A stretch of DNA of 24,188 nt from Candidatus Krumholzibacteriia bacterium (lineage in GTDB: Bacteria > Krumholzibacteriota > Krumholzibacteriia > WVZY01), in assembly GCA_046754105.1 (NCBI GenBank), contig JBHHVD010000049.1, forward strand, positions 1 through 24,188, written 5' to 3'. A program made the translations under genes and the position numbers. Positions within the stretch are counted from its first letter, which is position 1; the number at the start of each line of letters is the position of its first letter. Positions 8,895 to 17,279 of this stretch are shown piece by piece. Below the pieces are notes generated by a model, which was not told where the DNA came from, made no database searches, and saw only the letters and a program-made list of their open reading frames with translations.

Positions 8895-9204
8895 GTCGGG
8901 TCCTCCTGGAAGTTGGTGTTGTTAGATGGATGCGGGGCGCCGAGCGCGGGGGCCCGGGCCGTTTTTAGTAGTACGAGGTCGCAGCGATATTTGTTACCAT
9001 GACGGAAATTTTGCCGCGTGTCGACCCGAAAGGCCGTTCGCGAAAGGGGCGCGGCACGCCAGCGCTCTTTGGCGTGCGCCGCCGGCGGGCGAGGTTCTGC
9101 GGGCAGGGCGGAGTGGGGAGGGGAGCCTATACCGTACGCCGTGGGCGGCGGTTGGGCCGTGGGTGTGTCTGGCCGCCGTAACGCGTTGTCGTATAAGGAC
9201 AAAT

Positions 9205-9969
9205 ATGCCCGCCAACAAAAAGACCATCCTCGGTGTCTTCGCTCACCCCGACGACGAGTCGATGGGGCCGGGGGGGACGCTGGCCCGCTACGCCGCGGCC
9301 GGTCACCGCGTGGGATTTGCGCTGGCCACCGACGGTGGCGCCGGCCGCCTGTACAAGGAGCGCCCCGAGGACAACACGGAGCTGCGCAGACTGCGGCGAG
9401 CGGAAACGGCCGCCGCGGCGAAGATCCTCGGTATCGAGTTCCTGGGTTTTTTCGGATGGCACGACGGCGACCTCGAGAACATCAACGTGCTCGAAGTCGA
9501 AAAGAAAATCGCCCACCTCATCCGCCGGGAGAAACCGGACGTCGTCGTGACCTTTCACGGCTCCGGCATTTCGTATCACGCCGACCACCGTGTGATTGCC
9601 CTCGCACTCGCCGGCGCCTTCCTGGGATGCGCGCGCGAGCGGTGGTACGCGGACGCGGAACTCGGGGCGCTGCCGCCCCACCGAACGTCGAAGCTCTACC
9701 ACTACACGGCCATGGAAGCGATCAGGCGCGCCAATTGGCCCCGGGACATCTATTACTCGCCGGACGACGAGGTGACCACCATCATTGATACGCGGGACAC
9801 GGCCGATACCAAGTGGCGTGCGATCCAGGCGCACGACACGCAGCGTGACGGACCGCCGTTCAAAGAACTGTACGATGCAGGCGTATTCGAAAAAGAAGCG
9901 TTCGTGCGCGTCTTCCCCTCGTGGCCGCCGGGAGCGGCGAGGGAGACGGACCTGTTGGCGGGGCTTTGA
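9205..9969 (+). CDS. PIG-L/LmbE family deacetylase (BshB/MshB-like)
   Basis: Zn-binding motifs AHPDDE and YHADH, plus RRAE and AHDTQ. ATG 9205 follows AAGGA. The longer ORF-track N-terminus is low complexity. Confidence 0.9.
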   Translation: MPANKKTILGVFAHPDDESMGPGGTLARYAAAGHRVGFALATDGGAGRLYKERPEDNTELRRLRRAETAAAAKILGIEFLGFFGWHDGDLENINVLEVEKKIAHLIRREKPDVVVTFHGSGISYHADHRVIALALAGAFLGCARERWYADAELGALPPHRTSKLYHYTAMEAIRRANWPRDIYYSPDDEVTTIIDTRDTADTKWRAIQAHDTQRDGPPFKELYDAGVFEKEAFVRVFPSWPPGAARETDLLAGL

Positions 9970-9978
9970 GAACCGGTG

Positions 9979-11013
9979 TTACAACCCCAGCCCGTCGGGA
10001 AACACGAACCCGTCGCGCTCTTTCCACCCCAAACACAGCGGCAGGTTGAGCTGGCGCCTGAGAACCAGCAGGTACTCTATGTCGTGCCGGGTCGGCCGCT
10101 CGTCGATGATGATCGCCCAGTGATCGGCCGCGCGGTCTTTGCCCGGGTAGAGGTTGTATTCGAGCAGCTGCCCCAGCGCCTCGCGGATCGCCTTGGTGCT
10201 GCCCACGCCGTAGCACGTCTTGAGCTCGGCGCGGTAGCGGGCGGCGTCCTTTTCAAAAGTAACATCCACGTAGTCTCGCTGCCGCGCCACCTCGGAGAAG
10301 CCGGAGCGCTCGAGCCAGAGGGCAAACTTGTTCGACAGCGTGTTGTGGCGGCGGATGATACGCTTGAGGCTCTGGGGGTTCTCGCGGTAATAGGCATCCT
10401 CGGCGAGGACGCTCGCGGAACCGGCCGCCGCGCGCCTTCTCGTGCCCGGGAGGTTCAACTCCGCAACAAACGTCGGCGTCGTGAAATGCTCGCCGATACC
10501 GCGGTTGCGAACCACGGTGTCGATGGGGACCGGCTCGGGCGGGATGTGAAGGTCTTCGACGCGGCACTTGAAATTGAGCAGTCCGGATCGAACGGAGTTC
10601 TGTATCTTTTCGAGCGCGTCATCGAATGACATCGACGGTACGACGGACGAGAGTTCCTCCGCGCGCCGCTTGTAGGCGCCTTTGTCTCCGAACACGTTGT
10701 CCACTCTGACGAGGTCATCGTCCTTCACGAGTGTTGCGTCGTTGTACACTCCCACCAGGAGTCTGGCGCGCGTGTCCGGGTGCATGCTCCAGAAACCGAT
10801 CCGGAAACGACCGCGTGATTCCATGACGACTTTTGCGGAAGGCCGGTAATAGAGGTACCCGAAGATGAACCCGTCGACGGCGTCCTCCGTCTGGAAATTC
10901 CATTCCTCCATGCCGAAGCCCATGTCGCGCGGGTAACCCCCATCGCCGGAGGTATGGGTCGGCATTCTCCACCCGCGGGAGTTCCAGCACATTCTGTAGA
11001 TCATGTGACGCAT
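9979..11013 (-). CDS. Hypothetical protein with C-terminal PD-(D/E)XK-like endonuclease domain
   Basis: C-terminal YVDV...RAELKT...IREALGQLLEY (D...ExK plus Q-x-x-x-Y). N-terminal RMCWNSRGW...GFGMEEWNF domain. The start is supported by an extended -10 at 11055-11063. Confidence 0.65.
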   Translation of the reverse strand: MRHMIYRMCWNSRGWRMPTHTSGDGGYPRDMGFGMEEWNFQTEDAVDGFIFGYLYYRPSAKVVMESRGRFRIGFWSMHPDTRARLLVGVYNDATLVKDDDLVRVDNVFGDKGAYKRRAEELSSVVPSMSFDDALEKIQNSVRSGLLNFKCRVEDLHIPPEPVPIDTVVRNRGIGEHFTTPTFVAELNLPGTRRRAAAGSASVLAEDAYYRENPQSLKRIIRRHNTLSNKFALWLERSGFSEVARQRDYVDVTFEKDAARYRAELKTCYGVGSTKAIREALGQLLEYNLYPGKDRAADHWAIIIDERPTRHDIEYLLVLRRQLNLPLCLGWKERDGFVFPDGLGL

Positions 11014-11054
11014 GCTCGATAAGGGGTTAGGGGAGGGTGGCTCCGCGACGTTCG

Positions 11055-11063
11055 AGTATAGCA
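11055..11063 (-). promoter_or_regulatory. Extended -10 element for the nuclease-like gene
   Basis: Minus strand reads TGC-TATACT, about 40 nt upstream of ATG 11013. Confidence 0.5.
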
Positions 11064-11259
11064 TATCCCGGTTTGCATTCCCCGGGTGGCTGCCCTGCAA
11101 TTCTGTCCCTCTGCCCCGCGCGGCCCCGGGGGGGGCGCGCCGGCGCCGGCTGATTTCATATCTGGCTTCTTGACAAGAGCTTTGCAGCAAGCGCGTCCCG
11201 CCGCCCCATCGGCTTTTCTCAGGATCGGCGCGATCTATGCTATGGCGAACGCGAGCGTG

Positions 11260-11331
11260 GGGACACGGTGTCCCTCCGGGATCGCCCGGCGTCTGTTACC
11301 GGACGCGGGGCATACCGGGACACGCTGTCTC
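11260..11331. repeat. Two copies of a 15-bp palindromic motif (candidate operator)
   Basis: GGGACACGGTGTCCC (11260-11274, perfect 7-1-7 palindrome) and GGGACACGCTGTCTC (11317-11331), 13/15 identical. Confidence 0.5.
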
Positions 11332-11344
11332 TAAAGGAGGAACC

Positions 11345-11497
11345 ATGAACAAGCAAACCAAACGCGCCAGACTGGTCGCCCTGTTCATCCTGCTGATGTT
11401 CACGGTGGGCATTTATTTCTTCTGGAGCTACACCGACGACATCACGACGGCCAACTCCACGCATCACGTGGAACTACGGAACGGCCACGAACGGTAG
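11345..11497 (+). CDS. 50-aa single-pass membrane protein
   Basis: AAGGAGG RBS before ATG 11345 and one TM helix. The N-terminus is clearly homologous to that of the next gene. Confidence 0.7.
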   Translation: MNKQTKRARLVALFILLMFTVGIYFFWSYTDDITTANSTHHVELRNGHER

Positions 11498-11647
11498 CAG
11501 CAGCCGCCGCGGCGTCAAGACACGTTTTCTGTCGCGACTCGAGACCGCCGCCCTCAAACGGGCGTTCATCCTCGCCACACACCATCGAACTCGCATTGAC
11601 ACAAGTCCGCTTGCGTTTTGCACGGTGGGCGTAACACAGACAAGGCT

Positions 11648-11995
11648 ATGGACAAGCAAATCGGACAGGCCAGGGTCGTTACCCTCTTTGTACTGCTGTT
11701 GCTCGCCGCAGGCGTCTATCTTCTCTGGAGTCACAATCAAGAAGCGATCGAGACGAGCGCGTCGGCGCCGGTCAAGCAGCTCCAGGCACGCATGGGAACG
11801 GTCAAGAAGGCCAGGAGCCTCAAGGTCACGTTCGACAATCCGGAGATGGGGCTCTGCCCCGTCTGCGGGCAGGGCGTGAACTACGAATCGTTTGCGAGCG
11901 TCGGCTACAAGAAATACGCGATGTGCAGCGACGCATGCGCCGAAAAGCTGCTGGCAAACCCCCAGGGGTATCTTGGGGCGGACGCGCAGCCGTAG
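11648..11995 (+). CDS. Membrane-anchored YHS/TRASH-domain protein
   Basis: N-terminal TM helix. C-terminal CPVCG...YAMCSDACAEKLLANPQGY matches the YHS pattern. Confidence 0.8.
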   Translation: MDKQIGQARVVTLFVLLLLAAGVYLLWSHNQEAIETSASAPVKQLQARMGTVKKARSLKVTFDNPEMGLCPVCGQGVNYESFASVGYKKYAMCSDACAEKLLANPQGYLGADAQP

Positions 11996-12177
11996 CAGCC
12001 GCCCCGCCGGCGGCGACTCACCCCCGCCCCTTCGGAAACGCCCCTCTTTGGTCTCCCCCCGCAGTCTGCTCTATAAAGTACGGAAACACGCGACGGCCCG
12101 GGCCCGAACCCCGGCCCGGGCAACCTTCCTCGATTCCCGCAGGGCCGTACACGTCGTATCTTCGTTCGAAGAACGCT

Positions 12178-12206
12178 TTGAACGTGCCTGGAATAGATGG
12201 TATGGT
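12178..12206 (+). promoter_or_regulatory. Sigma70-type promoter for the oxidoreductase-desulfurase gene
   Basis: TTGAAC (12178-12183), 17 nt spacer, TATGGT (12201-12206), with an extended TG. Supports a start at 12237. Confidence 0.55.
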
Positions 12207-12236
12207 CAGGCATCGCTCGCGAACACCAAACCGGGG

Positions 12237-15200
12237 ATGCGACCACTGGATTGGGAAAAAGGCATTTGCGGGATCTGTCCGGCCGGCTGTTGGGTCGACG
12301 TGGGCCTTGAAAACGGCAAGCTCGTCGACATCAGGCCCGACACCAGCCACCCGCTCGGCATGATCTGCCGGCGCGGCCAGCACGCGCCGGAGATCGTCTA
12401 CTCCGAGCACCGGCTCAAGTATCCCATGCGGCGGGTCGGCCCCAAGGGTACGCACGAGTTCGAGCGCATCACCTGGGACGAGGCCTACCAGGCCATCGCC
12501 GACAACCTCAACACGATCAAGGACGAATCCGGACCGGAGGCGACTGCGGTCTACACGGGGCGAGGCGCCTTCGAGTTGTCGCTGTGCGACATGTTCCAGC
12601 CCAAGGGCGTCGCCGTCTCCTCGGCCTCCAACGTTCTCTTTCCCTTCGGCTCGCCGAATACCATGGGAGTCGGCGCGCTGTGCTACGTGTCGTTCGCCAT
12701 GATCTCTCCCCACGTGACGATGGGACGCATGCTGGTCAACATGTTTACCGACATGGAGAACGCGGAGCTTCTTGTCGTATGGGGCACCAACCCGGCCACC
12801 GACTCACCGCCGCTGGACATGCAGCGCCTGGAGAACGCGGCGGGGCGGGGCGCAGAAATCGTCGTCATCGATCCGCGCTACACGGAGACCGCCGAGCGGA
12901 CGGGCGCGCGCTGGATACCGATTCGCCCGGGCACCGACGGAGCGCTGGCGCTCGGCATGATCGAGGTCATGGTCGACGAAGAGCTCTACGACGAGGACTT
13001 CGCCGAGAACTGGTGTCACGGATTCGAAGAACTGAAGACATACGTGCAGCACTTCTCGCCGGAAGTGGTCCAGGGAATTACCGGCGTGCCCGCAGATTTC
13101 ATCCGCGACATGGCGCGCCGGATTTGCAGCGCCACCGGCGCCTGCCCGGTCATGTACACCGGTCTCGAATACTCGAACAGCGGGGTGCAGGCGATACGCG
13201 CCGTGCACACGCTCTTTGCGCTGGCCGGCCAGCTGGACGTGCCCGGGGGGGTTGGGCTTGCCATGCTGGACAGCCATTTCCCCATAAACCGCGCGTGCAA
13301 CCAGGAGAACCCGGCCCTCGACCGCGCCGTAGCGCGCGATCGCTTTCCCGTTTACAGCCAGTATCGAGGAGAGTCGCACGCCAGCGGGCTGCTCGACGCG
13401 GTGCGGCGTGGCGAGCCGTATCGCATACGCGGCCTGATCGTCCACGGTGCATCGCTCCTTACGTCGTGGCCGCAGACGGAGCTGTGGCGCGAGGTGCTGT
13501 CCGGGCTCGATTTTCTGGTCTGTATCGATCGACAGCTGACGGCGGATGCGGCCTTCGCCGACATCGTACTCCCCGCGACCACCATGTTCGAGATCGACTC
13601 CTACATGGTATACGGCCCGGTGTTTCGCCTGCGCGAGAAGCTGATCGAGCCGGTCGGTGAGGCGCGGAACGATTATCTCATCATGGCGCAGCTGGCCGAG
13701 CGGTTGGGGTACGGGGATCTCTTTCCGCAAACGGAAGAGGACCTGATCCGGTTTGCGCTGAAGGGCTCCGGCTACACGCTGGAGGATATTCGCAAGGAGG
13801 GCGGTTGGGTCAAAAACTCGACGTCCATGATGGAATACAAGAAATGGGAAAAGGGCGGATTGCGCAAGGACGGCAAACCCGGCTTCGACACGCCCACGGG
13901 CAAGTTCGAAATCTGGTCGACGACGCTCGAGGAGTACGGCTACGAACCGCTGCCCAAGTATACCGAGCCGCGTGAGGGACCGCTCGAGAATCCGGCGGCC
14001 GCCGGGGAGTTCCCCCTGGTGTTCAATTCGGGCGCCCGCATCCAGACGGATTTTCGGTCCCAGCATCACGGCATTAAGGGGCTCGTGTCGGCCAACCCGG
14101 AGCCCGTCGTCGAACTGCACGCCGAGGACGCCCGGGCGCGGGGGATCGAAAGCGGCGACCTGGTGGAAGTGAGAACCCCGCGCGGCGCGGTATCGTTTCG
14201 GGCGCGCGTCACCGACCGCATCGTCCAGGGGGCCGTGGAGTGCAACATGGGGGGCGGATCGCCGGTCGGTCCCAAGGCCTGGCGGGAATGGAACGTCAAC
14301 GAGTTGACCGACATCGACAACTATGACGAGATATCCGGATTTCCGGTGTACAAGGCGCTCCTGTGCGAGGTGGGAAAAGTCGAAGCGGGCACGGAAAAGG
14401 CACGGCGATCCATGACGATGGAAAAGAGGTCACGGGCCGTGCCCGTGGCGGCATCGGCCGGCGGCGCGGTGCCCGCCGCGAGCACGGGCGCCGACCACAG
14501 GATTTATCTCGACAACAACGCGACGACGCGCGTGGCGGACACGGTGCGGGAAGCGATGATGCCGTTCCTCGGTGATGCCCACGGCAACCCGTCGAGCATC
14601 CACGGCGCAGGCAGGGACGCGAGGGAGGGTGTGGAACGGGCACGGCGTCAGGTGGCCAAACTGCTCAACTGCCGACCGCGCCGGATCACGTTCACCAGCG
14701 GCGGCTCGGAGGCGGACAACCTGGCCCTCAAGGGCGTGGCATTTGCCGGGCGCGAGCGGGGCGGGCATATCGTCACCACGCGCATCGAACACCCTGCGAT
14801 CTTGAGTACCTGCACGTTTCTCGAAGGAATCGGCTGCCGCGTGACCTACCTCGAGGTGGACGAGACCGGATGGCTGTCACCCGATGCGCTCCGCGAGGCG
14901 ATTACCGATGATACGATTCTGGTTTCCATCATGATGGCCAACAACGAGGTTGGCAGCATCCTGCCGATCGAGGAACTGTGCGCGGTCGCTCACGAGCGCA
15001 ACGTGCTCTTTCACACCGATGCCGTCCAGGCGGTCGGTAAGATCCGGGTGGACGTTGCAGAGCTCGGCGTCGACATGCTGACGATCTCCGGCCACAAGTT
15101 TCACGGTCCCAAGGGTGCTGGCGCGCTATACGTACGGAAGGGATTGTCGCTGGAGCCGTGCGTTCACGGCGGAAAGCAGGAAGGCGGCGTGCGTGCGGGC

Positions 15201-15653
15201 ACCGAAAACGTACCGGCCATCGTTGGGCTCGGCAAGGCGGCTGAAACGGCCGTGGAGAAGGTTCGGAGCGGGGATCGAATGGAGCAGCTGCGGGACCGGC
15301 TCGAAGAGGGCATCCGCAGGCTCGTTCCCGACGCGCAGCTCAACGGTCACCCCGGGAAACGCCTGCCCAATACGCTCAACCTCACGCTGCCGGAGATCCG
15401 CGGCGAGTCGCTGGTCGTGGCGCTCGACCAGCAGGGGGTCTCCATCTCTTCGGGTTCCGCGTGCAAGTCCGGGTCGCCCAGACCGACGCACGTGCTGATG
15501 GCCATGGGGCGCACCGAGGAGGAGGCCCACTGCGCGGTGCGCCTGTCACTCTCCCACGACACGACGAAGCAGGATATCGACGATGCGGTCTCGGCCCTGG
15601 ACCGGGTGCTCGAAGAGATGCAGACCGCGGTGCGCTTCCTGCCCTGCAAGTAG
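12237..15653 (+). CDS. Molybdopterin (DMSO-reductase family) oxidoreductase fused to an IscS/NifS-type cysteine desulfurase
   Basis: N-terminal CGICPAGC...ICRRG [4Fe-4S] motif, RLKYPMRR, WGTNP, IDPR, ADIVLP and a C-terminal MopB domain. From ~14499: YLDNNATT, HTDAVQ, SGHKFHGPKG (PLP Lys) and SSGSAC (catalytic Cys). One continuous frame of 1138 aa. Confidence 0.9.
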   Translation: MRPLDWEKGICGICPAGCWVDVGLENGKLVDIRPDTSHPLGMICRRGQHAPEIVYSEHRLKYPMRRVGPKGTHEFERITWDEAYQAIADNLNTIKDESGPEATAVYTGRGAFELSLCDMFQPKGVAVSSASNVLFPFGSPNTMGVGALCYVSFAMISPHVTMGRMLVNMFTDMENAELLVVWGTNPATDSPPLDMQRLENAAGRGAEIVVIDPRYTETAERTGARWIPIRPGTDGALALGMIEVMVDEELYDEDFAENWCHGFEELKTYVQHFSPEVVQGITGVPADFIRDMARRICSATGACPVMYTGLEYSNSGVQAIRAVHTLFALAGQLDVPGGVGLAMLDSHFPINRACNQENPALDRAVARDRFPVYSQYRGESHASGLLDAVRRGEPYRIRGLIVHGASLLTSWPQTELWREVLSGLDFLVCIDRQLTADAAFADIVLPATTMFEIDSYMVYGPVFRLREKLIEPVGEARNDYLIMAQLAERLGYGDLFPQTEEDLIRFALKGSGYTLEDIRKEGGWVKNSTSMMEYKKWEKGGLRKDGKPGFDTPTGKFEIWSTTLEEYGYEPLPKYTEPREGPLENPAAAGEFPLVFNSGARIQTDFRSQHHGIKGLVSANPEPVVELHAEDARARGIESGDLVEVRTPRGAVSFRARVTDRIVQGAVECNMGGGSPVGPKAWREWNVNELTDIDNYDEISGFPVYKALLCEVGKVEAGTEKARRSMTMEKRSRAVPVAASAGGAVPAASTGADHRIYLDNNATTRVADTVREAMMPFLGDAHGNPSSIHGAGRDAREGVERARRQVAKLLNCRPRRITFTSGGSEADNLALKGVAFAGRERGGHIVTTRIEHPAILSTCTFLEGIGCRVTYLEVDETGWLSPDALREAITDDTILVSIMMANNEVGSILPIEELCAVAHERNVLFHTDAVQAVGKIRVDVAELGVDMLTISGHKFHGPKGAGALYVRKGLSLEPCVHGGKQEGGVRAGTENVPAIVGLGKAAETAVEKVRSGDRMEQLRDRLEEGIRRLVPDAQLNGHPGKRLPNTLNLTLPEIRGESLVVALDQQGVSISSGSACKSGSPRPTHVLMAMGRTEEEAHCAVRLSLSHDTTKQDIDDAVSALDRVLEEMQTAVRFLPCK

Positions 15654-15681
15654 CTTCCCGCGGGCCCGGCGTGCCGGCGGT

Positions 15682-16320
15682 TCAGGGGACGGCGTTGAGG
15701 ACGGCGCCGCCGAGATCGGTCGTCTGCCCCGGGTCGACTCGTATGGGCTGCATCTGGCCGCCGACGTCCATCTCGTGGATGGTCATGGCGGCGAAGCCCT
15801 CGCGGCGGCATGGCACTACATACCCCGAATGTGCGGGCACGAGATCGAGGGTGTAGCTGCCGTCCGCGCGGCTCACCGTCGAGATCGATGTTCCCTCGAG
15901 GTGCACGGCCACGCCGCTGTGGTCGGTCATTCCCTCGAGCTGCAGGGTGCCGGTGATGGTACCTGTCTCCGGAACGGTGACCGTGCCGACGCTGTACGAT
16001 TGTTGTCCCTTGACCTTGAAGTGACCGACGAGAAAGCCCACGGACGTCGTTCCCTGCATCCCCATGCCGCGCACCGTGTAGTACTTCCCCATGCCGTGAA
16101 CGTCTACGGCCAGCACGTCACCGATGATGAAACGTCCGCGGCTGTCGGAAACCGCGCTCAACCCGGTGCCTTCGACCAGCACGAGTATACCGTCTGCCGG
16201 GGTTCCGTCGACGAAGACAAGATCCCCGTAGATGGTTCCCGTGGCCGGGAGTGTCATGTCTTCACCGCATCCCGCGAGCAGCAAGACGGTAGCGAGCAGA
16301 GGAACCATAAAGCGCTTCAT
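15682..16320 (-). CDS. Lipoprotein with two carboxypeptidase-regulatory-like (Ig/prealbumin-like) domains
   Basis: LLLAGC lipobox. Two repeats: TGTIYG..VLVEGT..SDSRGRF and TGTITG..VHLEGT..SRADGSY. Its ATG overlaps the upstream TAA. Confidence 0.8.
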   Translation of the reverse strand: MKRFMVPLLATVLLLAGCGEDMTLPATGTIYGDLVFVDGTPADGILVLVEGTGLSAVSDSRGRFIIGDVLAVDVHGMGKYYTVRGMGMQGTTSVGFLVGHFKVKGQQSYSVGTVTVPETGTITGTLQLEGMTDHSGVAVHLEGTSISTVSRADGSYTLDLVPAHSGYVVPCRREGFAAMTIHEMDVGGQMQPIRVDPGQTTDLGGAVLNAVP

Positions 16321-17279
16321 TACTCATCTCCTTCATTGGGAACAAGTGCCTTGACGAAACGACTGACGTCGGTCGTGAACTCCAGGCCGAACGCAAGCGG
16401 TGCTACCATCTGCGACCCTTCCAGCCGCATGACGAGTGGAAAACGTGCAAAACCGCCGACCGTCATGGTGTCCGACATCTTATAGGAAACGGTCGGACCC
16501 ACGTAGACGAACGTAGCGCCGCGTTCGGGCACGACGTTGCCGTACCAGGTGTCCCTGCCCGAGTGGTAGCCGTCGAAGCGCAGCCCGAGGCGCGTGCGCT
16601 CGCCCACCAGGTGGCTGCCGTGGAGGTCGTACAACGTCTGGTCACCGAACCTGTATCCCCACTTGTTCTCCCCGCTCGTGAAGCGGTGGCGCAGACCGGC
16701 CGTTACGTCAAGCCCGTGCACAACGACGTGCGGCATCCAGAAACCCGCCCCGATAACGAGATCGTTGGTGCCGCTGCCAAGTGCCAGGATGTCGCAGATT
16801 CGCTGGCCGAGGTCGTCCTTCTTATCCACGTTGCCGGTGGCGAACTTGACACCGGCTTCGAGCGTGAACTGCGGCGAGGTGCCGAGACGATACGCCGCCG
16901 TTACGAGCAGGTCTCCGAAACCCCTGTTCAAGCGGCTGTACGGCGCGCCCTGGATCTTGTCGCTTTGAATCGAGTGGTACGGCATCGTCGCCGATACATT
17001 GATGCGACGAGTCAATCCGTAGCGGAGGGACAAGAAGACGGTGTGAAAATCCACGACTTCGCTCGCGGGGTTGGGCGCATCGGCACCGCTGCCCATGAGC
17101 GCCTGGTCTGTGGCCTCGTGCTCCCACTGGAACCCGAACTCCCAGAAACCCGCTTCCGCAAAGTTCTCGCTGCTGCCCGGCAGCGTAGGCCGCCGTCAGG
17201 CGACCCCCGAAGCCGGCGCATACCACGCAGACGCGAGAAGCAAAACCAGTATCGCGCACAACGGTACGTTCCGTTTCAT
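16320..17279 (-). CDS. Outer-membrane beta-barrel ('transporter'-like) with in-frame TGA at codon 28; putative selenoprotein
   Basis: ATG 17279 has an AAGGGGGAG RBS and an ATGA overlap with the TlpA stop. It encodes a signal peptide MKRNVPLCAILVLLLASAWYAPASGVA, then TGA (17198-17196), then an open frame RRPTLPGSSENFAEAGFWEFGFQWEH... continuous with the 16320..17096 ORF. Barrel motifs GFGD, KFATG, LGSG and YVGP. 319 aa. Confidence 0.75.
17168..17185 (-). other. Candidate bacterial SECIS element
   Basis: After the TGA come 10 nt, then CGCTGC-[CGGGCA]-GCAGCG, a 6-bp stem. The apical loop starts 16 nt after the UGA and has G at position 2. Confidence 0.45.

Noticed and set aside
8926..9204. ORF-track N-terminal extensions of PIG-L and of the genes called from 1395, 4739, 11190, 19532 and 24042
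   Set aside because: Better RBS-, promoter- or signal-peptide-supported starts lie downstream.
11892..12236. N-terminal 115-aa extension of the oxidoreductase ORF
   Set aside because: It overlaps the YHS gene and is low complexity. A good promoter at 12178-12206 points to ATG 12237, just before the Fe-S motif.
12804..14120. 438-aa minus-strand ORF and other long overlapping ORFs (523..1353, 1764..2768, 12584..13660, 18300..19373)
   Set aside because: Shadow or alternate-frame ORFs overlapping well-supported genes.
17196..17198. Genome-wide TGA reassignment (genetic code 4 or 25) as the explanation for the in-frame TGA
   Set aside because: TGA is a normal stop for several genes here (1249, 2438, 6274, 9969, 15682, 17276, 19868).
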